From NCBI GenBank assembly GCA_023230665.1, contig JALNWY010000002.1, positions 1-61,131 of the forward strand: a stretch of DNA of 61,131 nt. The letters are read 5' to 3'. The notes beneath the pieces were generated by a model. It ran no database searches. It saw only the letters and a program-made list of their open reading frames with translations, and had not been told where the DNA came from. Below, piece after piece: positions 6,525-16,901 of the stretch (position 1 is the first letter of the stretch; each line of letters starts with the position of its first letter). The translations under genes and the position numbers were made by a program. The DNA is from Deltaproteobacteria bacterium. Lineage in GTDB: Bacteria > Desulfobacterota > Desulfomonilia > UBA1062.

Positions 6525-7061
6525 ATGGAGATACTGAAATCGCCTCGCCTGATCCTCCGGCCCCTGATTCTCAACGACGCGGTTCATTTCGCCAGGCTTC
6601 TGGGTCCTGATCCGGCAGGGGTGCGCATGACCGCGAGCATTCCCAACCCGTGCACCGAAGAGGCTGCCCGGGAGTGGATCGTCCAGAATACTTGCCCGAG
6701 AACAGAACATGTATTCGCCGTCACCCATGCCCAGAGCGGTGAGTTTATGGGCGCCATAGGGTTCGGAGATTCGCCCGGAAACGGCGAGCTCGGCTATTGG
6801 ATCGGGAAGCCGTTTCGGGAAAAGGGTTATGCGACCGAGGCAATCCGCCGGATCGTGACCCATGCCTCCTATCTGGGCATCCGCCGTCTCTTTGCCGAGA
6901 CCTTCCCTACAAATCCCGCTTCTTCACGGGTCCTGACAAAGAACGGATTCCGCCTCACGGGCAGAGGAACACGCAGCATCCCCTTACGCGGAGGGGCGCG
7001 CACGATCCTGAAGTATGCCGTGGAGATCCAGGGATATTCAGGACAGAACAACCGGAAATAA
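6525..7061 (+). CDS. GNAT family N-acetyltransferase (RimJ/RimL-like)
   Basis: SPRLILRPL..., GAIGF..., ELGYWIGKPFREKGYATEAIRRIV and NPASSRVLTKNGF. An internal ATG at 6525 was chosen as the start. Confidence 0.85.
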   Translation: MEILKSPRLILRPLILNDAVHFARLLGPDPAGVRMTASIPNPCTEEAAREWIVQNTCPRTEHVFAVTHAQSGEFMGAIGFGDSPGNGELGYWIGKPFREKGYATEAIRRIVTHASYLGIRRLFAETFPTNPASSRVLTKNGFRLTGRGTRSIPLRGGARTILKYAVEIQGYSGQNNRK

Positions 7062-7113
7062 AAACCCCTCATGGAAAAACAGAGCCGACAGGCCCTGGGG
7101 TGTGATCAAAGTC

Positions 7114-7165
7114 TTGGACATAGTCTCTTTTTCGCATTATACTAGCCCGTAAAGATGTCATCTTT
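7114..7165 (+). promoter_or_regulatory. Candidate sigma70 promoter with an adjacent palindromic operator
   Basis: TTGGAC (7114-7119), an 18-nt spacer, then TATACT (7138-7143). The perfect palindrome AAAGATG-T-CATCTTT follows at 7151-7165. Confidence 0.3.
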
Positions 7166-7249
7166 GCTAAAGGAACTGCACTATGCCCAGCACCCTCATA
7201 CAATCCGGCAGGGTCATCGGCGGCACGGGATGGAAATGAGCGGCCTGCC

Positions 7250-8053
7250 GTGACCTCGCCTGTAAACGATCTCATCATCCGCGGAATCGGTTCTTTCCTG
7301 GAAGACGCCAGGTCATGCGCCGCCTTCCGAACGCGCTGGCAGGAGCCGCTGGTCGCCTTTGCCGATGCCCGCGATCATCTCTTCGAACGCCTGGGGCAGT
7401 GGGCGAGCCCGGACCATGCCATGCCTCAGAGCCTGCTCCCGGGAGCCGGGAGCGTGGCGGTTTATTTCCTGCCCTTTGAGAGTGATGTCCCCCGATCGAA
7501 CAGGACCAGCAGGCACGCATCGGATCAGTGGGCCCAAGCCTATGTGGAAACCAACGCGCTCATCACCTCCCTGAACATGCATCTCACGGGGCTGCTTCGG
7601 GCCCATGGCCTCACTGCGGCCGGGATACCGCCCACCCACAACTTCGATCAGAAGCGCCTCATGAGTCACTGGTCACACCGTCACGTGGCATGGATCGCAG
7701 GTCTCGGCACCTTCGGGGTCCATGGCATGATCATCACCCAAAGGGGATGCTGCGGGAGGCTGGGGAGCCTGGTGATATCAGGGGAATGCGAGCCCACCGC
7801 CCGGCCCGGCTACGAATTCTGCCTGCACAAGCATGGCCGCACCTGTCTGGCCTGTGTGAAAAAGTGCCGTGCCGGGGCGCTCCAGGAGGATTCGTTTGAC
7901 CGCCGCCTCTGTTATTCGATCCTTCTCGAGAATGCCCGCGTGCATGAGAACAAGGGTCTGGCAGATGTATGCGGAAAATGCCTGAGCATGGTGCCCTGCT
8001 CAGGCACGAATCCGGCAAGGAAACTCACACCTCTTTGCAAGTCCTCTGGTTAA
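7250..8053 (+). CDS. Fe-S protein related to epoxyqueuosine reductase / reductive-dehalogenase-type domains
   Basis: HRHVAWIAGLGTFGVHGMIIT is followed by Cys clusters C..C..C...C (CLACVKKCRAGAL; VCGKCLSMVPC). The exact function is not resolved. Confidence 0.55.
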   Translation: MTSPVNDLIIRGIGSFLEDARSCAAFRTRWQEPLVAFADARDHLFERLGQWASPDHAMPQSLLPGAGSVAVYFLPFESDVPRSNRTSRHASDQWAQAYVETNALITSLNMHLTGLLRAHGLTAAGIPPTHNFDQKRLMSHWSHRHVAWIAGLGTFGVHGMIITQRGCCGRLGSLVISGECEPTARPGYEFCLHKHGRTCLACVKKCRAGALQEDSFDRRLCYSILLENARVHENKGLADVCGKCLSMVPCSGTNPARKLTPLCKSSG

Positions 8054-8066
8054 GAAAGGGGAGAGC

Positions 8067-9176
8067 GTGAATATCGGACCGTTCCGATTTTCCATGCGAG
8101 AGCTCTCGGGTGCCATGGGAGATTTCGGCACCCTGCTGCCCCTGGCTGTGGGCTATATTTCGGTCTGCGGGCTCAACCCGGCAGGACTGCTGGTCATGGT
8201 CGGGCTCGCGAACATCCTGACCGGTCTGGTCTTCCGCCTCCCCATCCCCATCGAGCCCATGAAGGTCATTGCCGCGGTGGCCATTGCACAGAGCTGGGAG
8301 CCCTCGATGATCTATGCGGCGGGGTTTTCCATGGGAGTGGTGTGGCTGGCGGCATCTGCGGTCCCTGTCATGGACCGGGTGGCCGCGTTCACGCCCGAGC
8401 CGGTGATCCGCGGGATACAGGTGGCTCTGGGCGTCCTTCTGGCGGTTCAGGCGATCAAGATGGTCGCAGGCTCGTGGTTGCTGGGCGCGGTATGTATCGG
8501 CATCATCTTCTTCTTAAGAAAAAACCCGTATGCGCCCGCAGCAGTCGTGCTCATCGGACTGGGGATCGGCATCATGTTCTTGCGTGGGCAGCTGAGCGGT
8601 ATCGGGTATGCCGGCCCCTCTCTGCCGCCCCTGACCGCGTTCACGCCCATCCAGGTATGGGAGAGTATGCTGGGGGCGGGATTTGCCCAGATCCCCCTGA
8701 CCGCCACCAATGCCATTATCGTTACCGCGGCCATGATCAAGGGCTACTGGCCCCAGCGGGAGGTGGGGGTCAGCCGGCTCTCGCTGAGCACAGGCATCAT
8801 GAATCTCGCATCACCGTTCCTGGGAGGAATGCCCATGTGCCACGGTGCAGGAGGGCTTGCCGGCCAGTATTACTTCGGCGCACGTACCGGCGGGGCGAAC
8901 ATCATCGAGGGAACCATCGAGGTGGCCCTCGGGGTCCTGTTTGCCTCCTCAATCGCGAATCTCTTTGCCCTGTTCCCCGGACCCATCATCGGCGCCATGA
9001 TGCTCCTGGTGGGAATCCAGCTGGTGAGGTTAGGCAGTAAATTCGGCTCCGGAAGAGACCTGATACCCCTGGCAGCCACCGTGGTTGTCTCTCTGTTTGC
9101 CAATATGGCCTTTGGTTTTGCTGCCGGCGTGCTTGTCCATTACGGGGTCAGAAGGCTTGCCAGGGGCTGGCAATGA
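8067..9176 (+). CDS. Putative sulfate/molybdate transporter (MOT1/SulP-related membrane protein)
   Basis: 369 aa and polytopic. The N-terminus ELSGAMGDFGTLLPLAVG is characteristic. GTG start. Confidence 0.75.
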   Translation: MNIGPFRFSMRELSGAMGDFGTLLPLAVGYISVCGLNPAGLLVMVGLANILTGLVFRLPIPIEPMKVIAAVAIAQSWEPSMIYAAGFSMGVVWLAASAVPVMDRVAAFTPEPVIRGIQVALGVLLAVQAIKMVAGSWLLGAVCIGIIFFLRKNPYAPAAVVLIGLGIGIMFLRGQLSGIGYAGPSLPPLTAFTPIQVWESMLGAGFAQIPLTATNAIIVTAAMIKGYWPQREVGVSRLSLSTGIMNLASPFLGGMPMCHGAGGLAGQYYFGARTGGANIIEGTIEVALGVLFASSIANLFALFPGPIIGAMMLLVGIQLVRLGSKFGSGRDLIPLAATVVVSLFANMAFGFAAGVLVHYGVRRLARGWQ

Positions 9177-9240
9177 ATCAGGGCATGGATTCCGGGGCAA
9201 GCCCTTTGGTCCTTAAAAAATGAACGATCAGGAGGAAGGC

Positions 9241-10041
9241 ATGAAATACGATCTTCGGGACAAGGCAGTGGTTCTGACCGGCGGGAGCCGGGGAATAGGC
9301 AGGGCTGTAGCGTGGGAACTCGCAAAGGAGGGGGCGAGGATCGGGATCGCGGCCCGTGACGGAGAAAAGCTTGCGGACACGGCCCGGGCGGTCAGCGAAC
9401 ACGGATCATCGTGCGTGCTGCTTCCCTGTGATGTAGCACATGACGGGCAGGTCCGGAGCATGGTGGACCGGGCCGCAGAGGCACTGGGAGGTATCGACGT
9501 ATTCATGAACATCGCAGGGGTCACCCTGGAAAAACCCCTTGAGGAGGCAACCCCTGACGACTACCGGAGGGTGATGGAAACGAACCTGCTGGGAACCGTA
9601 CGCTGCACCTGTGCCGCCCTCCCCCATCTCAAGCAAAGCCGGGGGCTTCTGGTGAATATCGCGAGCATCATTGTGCGCACGCCGTTTCCCTATCTAGGGG
9701 TCTATGCATGTTCCAAATGGGCAGTGGCGGCCTTCAGCGCTACCCTGCGCCAGGAACTGTATGGCACGGGCGTCCGGGTGCTCACGGTTTTCCCCACTGT
9801 GGTGAGCACGGACATGAAAGACCTGGAACCAGTGCTGGCGAACTCGCCCGCGCAGAGCCCGCAGCAGTGCGCCCGTGCGATCGTCCAGGCCATCAGGAGG
9901 GGAAAGGTTGAGACGGATACGGCCATCCTTCCCAAATTCCTGAGTGCAGCCTACTGTCTTGCCCCAGGCCTGGGCGACATGATCACCCGCCTGTTTTTGC
10001 CAAGGGAGTATCGGATCCGCAAAGGAGGCGCTTATGGCTGA
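9241..10041 (+). CDS. SDR family oxidoreductase
   Basis: TGGSRGIGRA is the Rossmann motif and YACSKWA is the catalytic YxxxK. AGGAGGAAGG precedes the ATG at 9241. Confidence 0.9.
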   Translation: MKYDLRDKAVVLTGGSRGIGRAVAWELAKEGARIGIAARDGEKLADTARAVSEHGSSCVLLPCDVAHDGQVRSMVDRAAEALGGIDVFMNIAGVTLEKPLEEATPDDYRRVMETNLLGTVRCTCAALPHLKQSRGLLVNIASIIVRTPFPYLGVYACSKWAVAAFSATLRQELYGTGVRVLTVFPTVVSTDMKDLEPVLANSPAQSPQQCARAIVQAIRRGKVETDTAILPKFLSAAYCLAPGLGDMITRLFLPREYRIRKGGAYG

Positions 10042-10378
10042 AATAGATGGATACGCCATGGTTCTGACCACCTGCCCGACCCGTGAAGAGGCTCACGGCC
10101 TGGCCTCGCTACTCGTCCAAGGTCATGTGGCGGCGTGCGTCCAGATAACCGAAATCACCAGCTGTTATGAGTGGAAGGGCGAGGTGAACACCGAACCCGA
10201 GCAGCTTCTCATCATCAAGGCCCGGGCGGATGCCTATGAGAAGATCGAAAAAATCATCCGCGACAACCACAGCTATGAGGTCCCGGAGATCGTCCGGATA
10301 CCCATAGACAGGGGCTCGGCTGCGTATTTGGGATGGATCGACGAGGTGAGCGGGCAATCCTCGAACCGGCTCTCCTGA
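10034..10378 (+). CDS. cutA: Divalent-cation tolerance protein CutA
   Basis: VLTTCPTREEAHGLASLLVQGHVAACVQI...YEWKGEV...SYEVPEIV is the typical CutA1 pattern. Confidence 0.9.
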   Translation: MAEIDGYAMVLTTCPTREEAHGLASLLVQGHVAACVQITEITSCYEWKGEVNTEPEQLLIIKARADAYEKIEKIIRDNHSYEVPEIVRIPIDRGSAAYLGWIDEVSGQSSNRLS

Positions 10379-10716
10379 TCGCTGCAATGGGCGTTGCCAT
10401 GCCCTTTCTAAAGGCTCTCGGGCTCACAGGATCATTCCCGGAACCTCGGTTCTCGATTTGTGAGCATGGTCCTTGATTCGAGAATGATTGTATGCTATCA
10501 GCGTTTTACTTGTGATTGTATGGGTTTTCGCCTGATTGCCGGGTGCATCGCGCGGACACACCGCACTGGTTTCTCCCGTTGCACAGGAACGGACAGCGCC
10601 GATCCTGAAGCGACTCACCGGTTTCGGGCATTCAACGGCCTGCTTCTCGATACGGCCTTTCACCGCGCGCCTTTGGGGAGCACGCCGGTGAAGTGAGCGT
10701 GAAGGAGGTCGGTAGA

Positions 10717-11319
10717 ATGCGCCCTGACACCCGTTATTCATACAGGACATGCATTGCCCTTCTCTGTATCGCGTGGGCATTGCTTGCAGCAGGCTGTAAA
10801 CGAGGCGACATCAATCTCGTGAAAAAAAGCGTCTACGGCAACCGCGAGACAACGATCGGCGCGGCCTTCGACAGGTGCTCCCACTTTGCCAGCACCTCCT
10901 GGGACCGCATCCAGTATGAAGCAAACCGGCCCATCGTGGTCTTTACCGCAGAACTCCCCATCCAGGTGCTCCTGAACACAGTCACCGCAGATGCACACAA
11001 CTGGCTTACCCTCGAAAAAACCTATTTCGAGCAGATTGCCCCCCAGTTGGCTTATGCGTATATCCGGATCACCTTCCCGGTGGATCAAGAAAGCAAGACA
11101 TTCACCTTGGGTGATGTCATGCTCGGGATCGCCTCTGAAAAACAGACGGCATGGTCTCCCGCATTCTCCCAGGAGAAGAAAGAGCGCATCATCCAGGCCA
11201 TATACGAAGATTCTCCGGATATTTTCACCCAGGTAGCGGCCTGCGCAAACCCCTCGTTCTCCGCAGGGAGCACGCTGCTGCGCACCCTCACCGGCAAGGA
11301 CATCTCTCAGGCCCGATAA
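10717..11319 (+). CDS. Hypothetical lipoprotein
   Basis: Signal peptide with the lipobox LLAAGC. AAGGAGG lies 8 nt upstream of the ATG at 10717. Confidence 0.65.
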   Translation: MRPDTRYSYRTCIALLCIAWALLAAGCKRGDINLVKKSVYGNRETTIGAAFDRCSHFASTSWDRIQYEANRPIVVFTAELPIQVLLNTVTADAHNWLTLEKTYFEQIAPQLAYAYIRITFPVDQESKTFTLGDVMLGIASEKQTAWSPAFSQEKKERIIQAIYEDSPDIFTQVAACANPSFSAGSTLLRTLTGKDISQAR

Positions 11320-11510
11320 TGCCGCCCTATTCGAGGTTCACCTCCCTCCCGCGGCCCCGGAGGAGAAAAAGGAATCAGGCGATGATGAAAGAATACTGCT
11401 CAACAGCATGATCCCCTACAGCATCCATCACGCAGTGCGGGCAACCCCCATTGTGTTTTTCCCGGAGCCTTGGTATATAAGACTGAAAAACAATGAGACT
11501 GTGAGCTTTC

Positions 11511-13658
11511 ATGAAGAAAATCATTGCCATACCCGTCGTTTTCCTCTGTTTTTTGCTTTTCTTTGCAACCCTTCCCCTCTCCTCCGCACCCGAGCCGCCG
11601 GCAGCAGAAAAATACCTCGCGCCGCTCTCGCCCATGAAGATCCATCAGAAGGCGGATAAGGAGATACTGAAATACATCAGAAATGCACACTACCTCAAGC
11701 CGTCCATAGACGACGAACTTTCCACCAAGATCCTGGACAACTTTCTCTCCGGGCTCGATCCCCAGCGGAGTTTTCTCCTGGCATCCGACATCCGGGAATT
11801 CGAGCCGTACCGGTTCATGCTGGACGACCTGCTGAAGTCGGGAGATTTGAAACCGGTGTTTACGATCTACAACCGCTATCAACAGCGTCTGGTGGAGCGG
11901 CTGATCTTCATGATCGATGTGGTGGAGTCAGGCATCGGAGACCTCACGTTCGATGAAGACGAGTTCTTCAATACAGACCGGAAGGATGATCCGTGGCCGA
12001 AGAACAGGGAAGAGCTTCAGGACCTGTGGCGCAAGGGCGTCAAGAGCGACATCCTGGCCCTTCTGCTGGACGACAAGCCCATCGAGGAAGTACGGGAGAC
12101 ACTTTCCAAGCGCTACCGGAGCCAGCTCAACCGCACCGCTCAGACCAAGAGCGAGGACGTGTTCCAGATATTCATGAATGCCTTCTCACAGACCTTTGAC
12201 CCCCACAGCCAATATTTCTCTCCCCGACAGTCAGAAAACTTCTCCATCGATATGAGCCTCTCTCTTGAGGGCATCGGGGCCATGCTCGGGGTGGAAAACG
12301 ATTTCGTCAAAGTGATGCGCCTGATCCCCGCAGGTCCTGCAGACAAGGCGGGAGAGCTCAAGCCGGACGACCGCGTCGTCGGTGTCGGACAGGGTGTAGA
12401 CGGCGAGATCGTAGACGTGGTGGGCTGGCGGCTCGACGATGTGGTGGCTCTCATACGCGGGCCGAAAGAGACAACCGTGCGGCTGATGGTCATCCCCGCT
12501 GATGCTGCCGACAACACCCGGACCAGGATCATCTCCATTGTCCGCAACACGGTCAAGCTCGAGGAACAGGCTGCCCACAAGGATATTGTCACAGTGGAAG
12601 ACGGAGAGAGGGAGTACCGGATCGGCGTCATCACCATCCCGACCTTCTACCTTGATTTCGCTGCCCTAAACGCCGGCAGGGATGATTTCCGGAGCACGAC
12701 CAGAGATGTCAAAAGGCTCTTGGCGGAGCTCAAGGAGGCCCAGGTGCAAGGGATCGTCATTGATCTGCGCGACAACGGCGGGGGTTCTCTCCAGGAGGCG
12801 AGCACGCTGACCGGCCTGTTCATCGAACAGGGGCCCGTTGTCCAGATCCGATATGCAAACAACAAGGTGGAAAAACTCTATGACAGCGACCCCCGCATAT
12901 TCTGGAACGGTCCCCTGGCCGTGGTGGTGAACCGCCTGAGCGCCTCTGCCTCTGAGATCTTCGCAGGGGCGGTCCAGGATTACGGCAGGGGGCTGATCAT
13001 CGGCGAGGACACCTTTGGCAAGGGCACGGTTCAGAGCCTCATATCCCTGGATTACGGCCAGCTCAAGCTCACCTCGGCGAAGTTCTACCGGATCTCCGGG
13101 GCCAGCACCCAGCACCGGGGGATCACTCCGGATATCGCCTATCCCAGCCTCTACGACAAGAAAAAGATCGGCGAAGACTGCCTCGACAACGCCCTGCCGT
13201 GGGATACGATCACGGGGACCTCTCACCGGCAGTACAAGAACTTCGCGCCGCTGATCCCGCTGCTCAACGACATGCATCTCAAACGCATGGAAGCAGACCC
13301 GGACTATCTCTACCTCCAGGGCATGACCGAGCACCTGGCTCAGGTCCGGTCCAAAACCAAGGTGTCGCTCAACCGGACCGTGCGTGTCCAGGACCAAAAG
13401 CAGGTGCGCCAGAGACGCCTCGAGCTGGAGAACAGTCTCCGGGACGCCAAGGGCAAACCTTTGCTGGAAGACCTGGAAGCAGTGATCAAGGACGAGGAGA
13501 AAAAAGAGCTCCAGGGAGAAACCCGGAAGGGCAAAGGCACGGACGATCCGGTGCTGGTGGAGAGCGCCCGTATCCTGGCGGACTTCATGCGCATGCAGGT
13601 CCCGGCGGACTCTCCTCCCGAGGGAATGGCCGTGAACCAGCTCAAAGCTGCTCCGTAA
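11511..13658 (+). CDS. prc: Carboxy-terminal processing (tail-specific) protease, S41 family
   Basis: 715 aa with a signal peptide, a PDZ region and the S41 core: DLRDNGGGSL, SASASEIFAGAVQDYGRGLIIGE.TFGKGTVQ. Confidence 0.95.
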   Translation: MKKIIAIPVVFLCFLLFFATLPLSSAPEPPAAEKYLAPLSPMKIHQKADKEILKYIRNAHYLKPSIDDELSTKILDNFLSGLDPQRSFLLASDIREFEPYRFMLDDLLKSGDLKPVFTIYNRYQQRLVERLIFMIDVVESGIGDLTFDEDEFFNTDRKDDPWPKNREELQDLWRKGVKSDILALLLDDKPIEEVRETLSKRYRSQLNRTAQTKSEDVFQIFMNAFSQTFDPHSQYFSPRQSENFSIDMSLSLEGIGAMLGVENDFVKVMRLIPAGPADKAGELKPDDRVVGVGQGVDGEIVDVVGWRLDDVVALIRGPKETTVRLMVIPADAADNTRTRIISIVRNTVKLEEQAAHKDIVTVEDGEREYRIGVITIPTFYLDFAALNAGRDDFRSTTRDVKRLLAELKEAQVQGIVIDLRDNGGGSLQEASTLTGLFIEQGPVVQIRYANNKVEKLYDSDPRIFWNGPLAVVVNRLSASASEIFAGAVQDYGRGLIIGEDTFGKGTVQSLISLDYGQLKLTSAKFYRISGASTQHRGITPDIAYPSLYDKKKIGEDCLDNALPWDTITGTSHRQYKNFAPLIPLLNDMHLKRMEADPDYLYLQGMTEHLAQVRSKTKVSLNRTVRVQDQKQVRQRRLELENSLRDAKGKPLLEDLEAVIKDEEKKELQGETRKGKGTDDPVLVESARILADFMRMQVPADSPPEGMAVNQLKAAP

Positions 13659-13706
13659 AGAATAGAGCAGGATGATCAACCTTATACGAGATCGGGGAGA
13701 GAACCT

Positions 13707-14717
13707 ATGAACGTGCTGGTCACCGGAGGAGCGGGATACATCGGAAGCCACGCCTGCGTGGAGCTTCTGAACGCAGGGTATGACGTAACGGTTGTGGACA
13801 ATCTTTCCAATTCCAAGGAGGAATCACTGCGAAGGGTGGAGAGGATAACAGGCCGGCCCCTTGCCTTTCACCGGATGGACCTGCTGGACAGAGACGGTCT
13901 TGCTTCGATCTTTGCGCGCGGAGCGGTCCATGCAGTCATCCATTTCGCCGGCCTCAAGGCGGTGGGGGAATCGGTGAACATGCCCCTGCGCTACTACCAC
14001 AACAATATCACCGGAACCCTGATACTGTGCGAGGTTATGAAAGAGCACAGGGTCAGGAACCTGGTGTTCAGCTCTTCGGCCACTGTGTATGGCGAGCCGG
14101 ACACGGTTCCGATCAGGGAGGACTTTCCCCTGCGCGCCACCAATCCCTACGGGCGCTCAAAGCTCATGATCGAGGAGATCCTCCGCGATCTTTGCACATC
14201 CGATCCGGACTGGAACATCGCCCTGCTCAGGTACTTCAACCCTGTGGGCGCTCATGCGAGCGGGCTCATCGGCGAAGATCCAAACGATATCCCCAACAAC
14301 CTCATGCCGTTCATCTCCCAGGTCGCGATCGGCAAACGAGAGCAGCTCAGCGTGTTTGGAAATGACTATCCCACGATTGACGGCACCGGGGTGCGCGATT
14401 ATATCCATGTCGTGGACCTCGCCATAGGGCATATCCACGCGCTGAAAAAACTCGAACAGGGTCCCGGGGTCGCAACCTACAACCTCGGTACAGGCCGGGG
14501 CTACAGCGTCCTGGAGATGGTTCGCGCCTTTGAGAAGGCATCGGGCCGAAAGATCTCCTATCGGGTGACGGACAGGCGTCCGGGAGACATTGCCTCATGC
14601 TATGCGGACCCTGCAAAGGCACAGGAAGAACTCGGGTGGAAGGCCCTGCGCGACATCGACGAGATGTGCGCCGACTCTTGGAAGTGGCAGTCGCTCAACC
14701 CGGACGGTTATGCATGA
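13707..14717 (+). CDS. galE: UDP-glucose 4-epimerase
   Basis: [24 protein letters not shown] and [10 protein letters not shown]. Full-length at 336 aa. Confidence 0.95.
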   Translation: MNVLVTGGAGYIGSHACVELLNAGYDVTVVDNLSNSKEESLRRVERITGRPLAFHRMDLLDRDGLASIFARGAVHAVIHFAGLKAVGESVNMPLRYYHNNITGTLILCEVMKEHRVRNLVFSSSATVYGEPDTVPIREDFPLRATNPYGRSKLMIEEILRDLCTSDPDWNIALLRYFNPVGAHASGLIGEDPNDIPNNLMPFISQVAIGKREQLSVFGNDYPTIDGTGVRDYIHVVDLAIGHIHALKKLEQGPGVATYNLGTGRGYSVLEMVRAFEKASGRKISYRVTDRRPGDIASCYADPAKAQEELGWKALRDIDEMCADSWKWQSLNPDGYA

Positions 14718-14757
14718 GAGGGGGGAGAAAAAGCCTGCGCTCCCGGCTGGATACCCG

Positions 14758-15162
14758 ATGAGCCTCATCAAGGACATAGCCAGACAGGGAAAGGACAAGG
14801 TGCTCTCCAGGGCTCTTGAAGTCCTGGGCCGAAAGGTTGTCAGCCGGTACGGTACGCTGTGTGATATCACCCTCGACTCCCTTGACCGGAAGATCGAGAT
14901 CGAGGTACTGCTCGAAGGCGAATCAATCCCTATCCGGATTTCCATCAACCGGTTCGATATCGTCTTCGAAGGGGGAGAGGCAAGGGTGATCTTCCGGGAC
15001 ATTGCTGTATCGAGGGCGTGGATGAAAACCCTGGCCGAAGACATCCTCGAGGGCAGGGCCTTGAAAATACCTCGCAAGTACGCTAAATTGTTGGACAAGA
15101 TCGCCCAGCATACAGGTCTTTCTCCGTGGGCTCCGCATCCAGACCGATCAAAAGGCGTATGA
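14758..15162 (+). CDS. Hypothetical protein
   Basis: A 134-aa ORF remains once the part of the track ORF overlapping galE is trimmed. No motif is recognised. An alternative ATG lies at 14710. Confidence 0.5.
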   Translation: MSLIKDIARQGKDKVLSRALEVLGRKVVSRYGTLCDITLDSLDRKIEIEVLLEGESIPIRISINRFDIVFEGGEARVIFRDIAVSRAWMKTLAEDILEGRALKIPRKYAKLLDKIAQHTGLSPWAPHPDRSKGV

Positions 15163-15248
15163 TTCGCTTGCATTGGGGAGAAATTTCTATTACCTAAAAA
15201 CCTTCATGCATATGTTGCTATGAGAGAGTACAATCTTTGACGAGGATC

Positions 15249-16136
15249 ATGTTGGTACGAGAAATTCTCAAAGAGAACAAGACAAGCTTCAGCTTCGAGT
15301 TCTTCCCTCCCAAGACGCCCGGGGGATGGGACAGGCTCTTTTTGACGATCTCTGACCTCATCCCGCTGAAGCCCTCGTGGGTGAGCGTGACGTACGGCGC
15401 AGGGGGTTCCACCCGGGAGAACACCCACAACCTGGTGGTGAGGATAAAGAAAGAGACAGACCTCACGGTGGTCACTCATCTCACCTGCGTCGAAGCCACC
15501 AGAGGCGATGTCTTGGCCATTCTCGGGCGCTACGACAGCGAAGGGATCCACAATATCCTGGCCCTGCGGGGAGATGCCCCCCTCGGGCAGAGCAGTTGGA
15601 AGACAGACCCTGAAGGATTCTGCTATGCGGTCGACCTCGTCACCTTTATCAAGAAGCACTTCCCGCACATGTGCGTTGGAGTAGCCGGCTTTCCCGAAGG
15701 GCATCCGGAAACGAAAAACCGCCTGCAGGAGATCGAGTTTCTCAAGGCCAAGGTCGATGCGGGGGCAGACTACATCATCACCCAGCTCTTCTTTGACAAC
15801 CGCGACTATTACGACTTCTGCGAGCGGTGCGAACTGGCCGGTATCACGGTGCCGATCATCGCGGGCATCATGCCCGTCATATCCCGCAGCGGCATGATCC
15901 GTATGGCCGAGCTCGCGGCACGGGCACGGATACCCGCAGCTCTTCTGAAGTCGGTGCAGCGGGCCGGCAGCAACGAGTCTGTAGAACGGGTGGGCATTCA
16001 CTGGGCCACCGAGCAGGTGCGCGACCTCATCGACAACCATGCGCGAGGTATCCACTTCTACACGCTGAACAACGCTAGCGCCACCCTGAAGATCTACGAG
16101 GCCCTCGGGGTCGACGACTCGTCGCAGCTTGCCTGA
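15249..16136 (+). CDS. metF: Methylenetetrahydrofolate reductase
   Basis: FSFEFFPPKT, VTYGAGGSTR, HLTC and ILALRGD. The start could instead be the TTG at 15237. Confidence 0.92.
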   Translation: MLVREILKENKTSFSFEFFPPKTPGGWDRLFLTISDLIPLKPSWVSVTYGAGGSTRENTHNLVVRIKKETDLTVVTHLTCVEATRGDVLAILGRYDSEGIHNILALRGDAPLGQSSWKTDPEGFCYAVDLVTFIKKHFPHMCVGVAGFPEGHPETKNRLQEIEFLKAKVDAGADYIITQLFFDNRDYYDFCERCELAGITVPIIAGIMPVISRSGMIRMAELAARARIPAALLKSVQRAGSNESVERVGIHWATEQVRDLIDNHARGIHFYTLNNASATLKIYEALGVDDSSQLA

Positions 16137-16248
16137 GCCATAAAAACGCCAAGGAGATCGCCCGAGAACAGGCTGAGTCTATGATAAATCGCCATACAGC
16201 AGAAGAAAAACCGAGATTCTGTTTCGCCTCACGAAAGGAGCAACCTAT

Positions 16249-16737
16249 ATGAGCACGTGTCCCTGTGGATCCAAACTCGATTATGAGCAGTGCTGCCAGC
16301 CGGTGATCAAGGGCTCCCGGCAGGCCGGCACGGCAGAACAGCTGATGCGCTCGCGGTACACCGCGTATGTAAAGGCAGAGCTCGATTACCTTCTGGAATC
16401 CACCCATCCCTCCCAGAGGGACGATTACGACCTCAAGGGCACTAGACGCTGGGCCGAGAAATCAGAGTGGGACGGTTTGCAGATCGTATCCATCGAAGGA
16501 GGAGGCGAGGAAGACGCCGAAGGCAAGGTGGAATTCATCGCGCATTACCGCTACAAGGGCAGAAAGACAACCCATCACGAGTTGGCCGAGTTTGTCAGGG
16601 AGGACAGCAGGTGGTTCTTCCATCACGGTACCATGGTCCCCCAAAAACAGGTGATCCGCAAAGGCGAAAAAACCGGACGGAACGATCCCTGCCTGTGTGG
16701 AAGCGGACTGAAATACAAGAAGTGCTGCGGGAAGTGA
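16249..16737 (+). CDS. ychJ: YchJ family protein (UPF0225) with SEC-C motifs
   Basis: CPCGS...CC at the N-terminus and [17 protein letters not shown] at the C-terminus. Confidence 0.9.
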   Translation: MSTCPCGSKLDYEQCCQPVIKGSRQAGTAEQLMRSRYTAYVKAELDYLLESTHPSQRDDYDLKGTRRWAEKSEWDGLQIVSIEGGGEEDAEGKVEFIAHYRYKGRKTTHHELAEFVREDSRWFFHHGTMVPQKQVIRKGEKTGRNDPCLCGSGLKYKKCCGK

Positions 16738-16787
16738 GGCACAAAATTCCGCGCTTGCACTTCAGGGCTGATCCGGTGCGCGCGCAG

Positions 16788-16824
16788 CGAGGGAAAAAGC
16801 GCGCTATTCGGATCTTTTCCCTCG
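16788..16824 (+). terminator. Strong hairpin after ychJ (probable terminator)
   Basis: CGAGGGAAAA (16788-16797) pairs perfectly with TTTTCCCTCG (16815-16824). The tail is ATTTATCAT. Confidence 0.5.
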
Positions 16825-16901
16825 ATTTATCATGAGTGTGCCCCGAAAGCGAGGGCTTGGGGCACCAACAGAGCAAGAAACCCCAATAGGAGGGCCTCTC
16901 C

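Noticed and set aside
12666-13751. 361-aa minus-strand ORF
   Set aside because: It is antisense to prc and the start of galE, and it has no motifs and biased composition.
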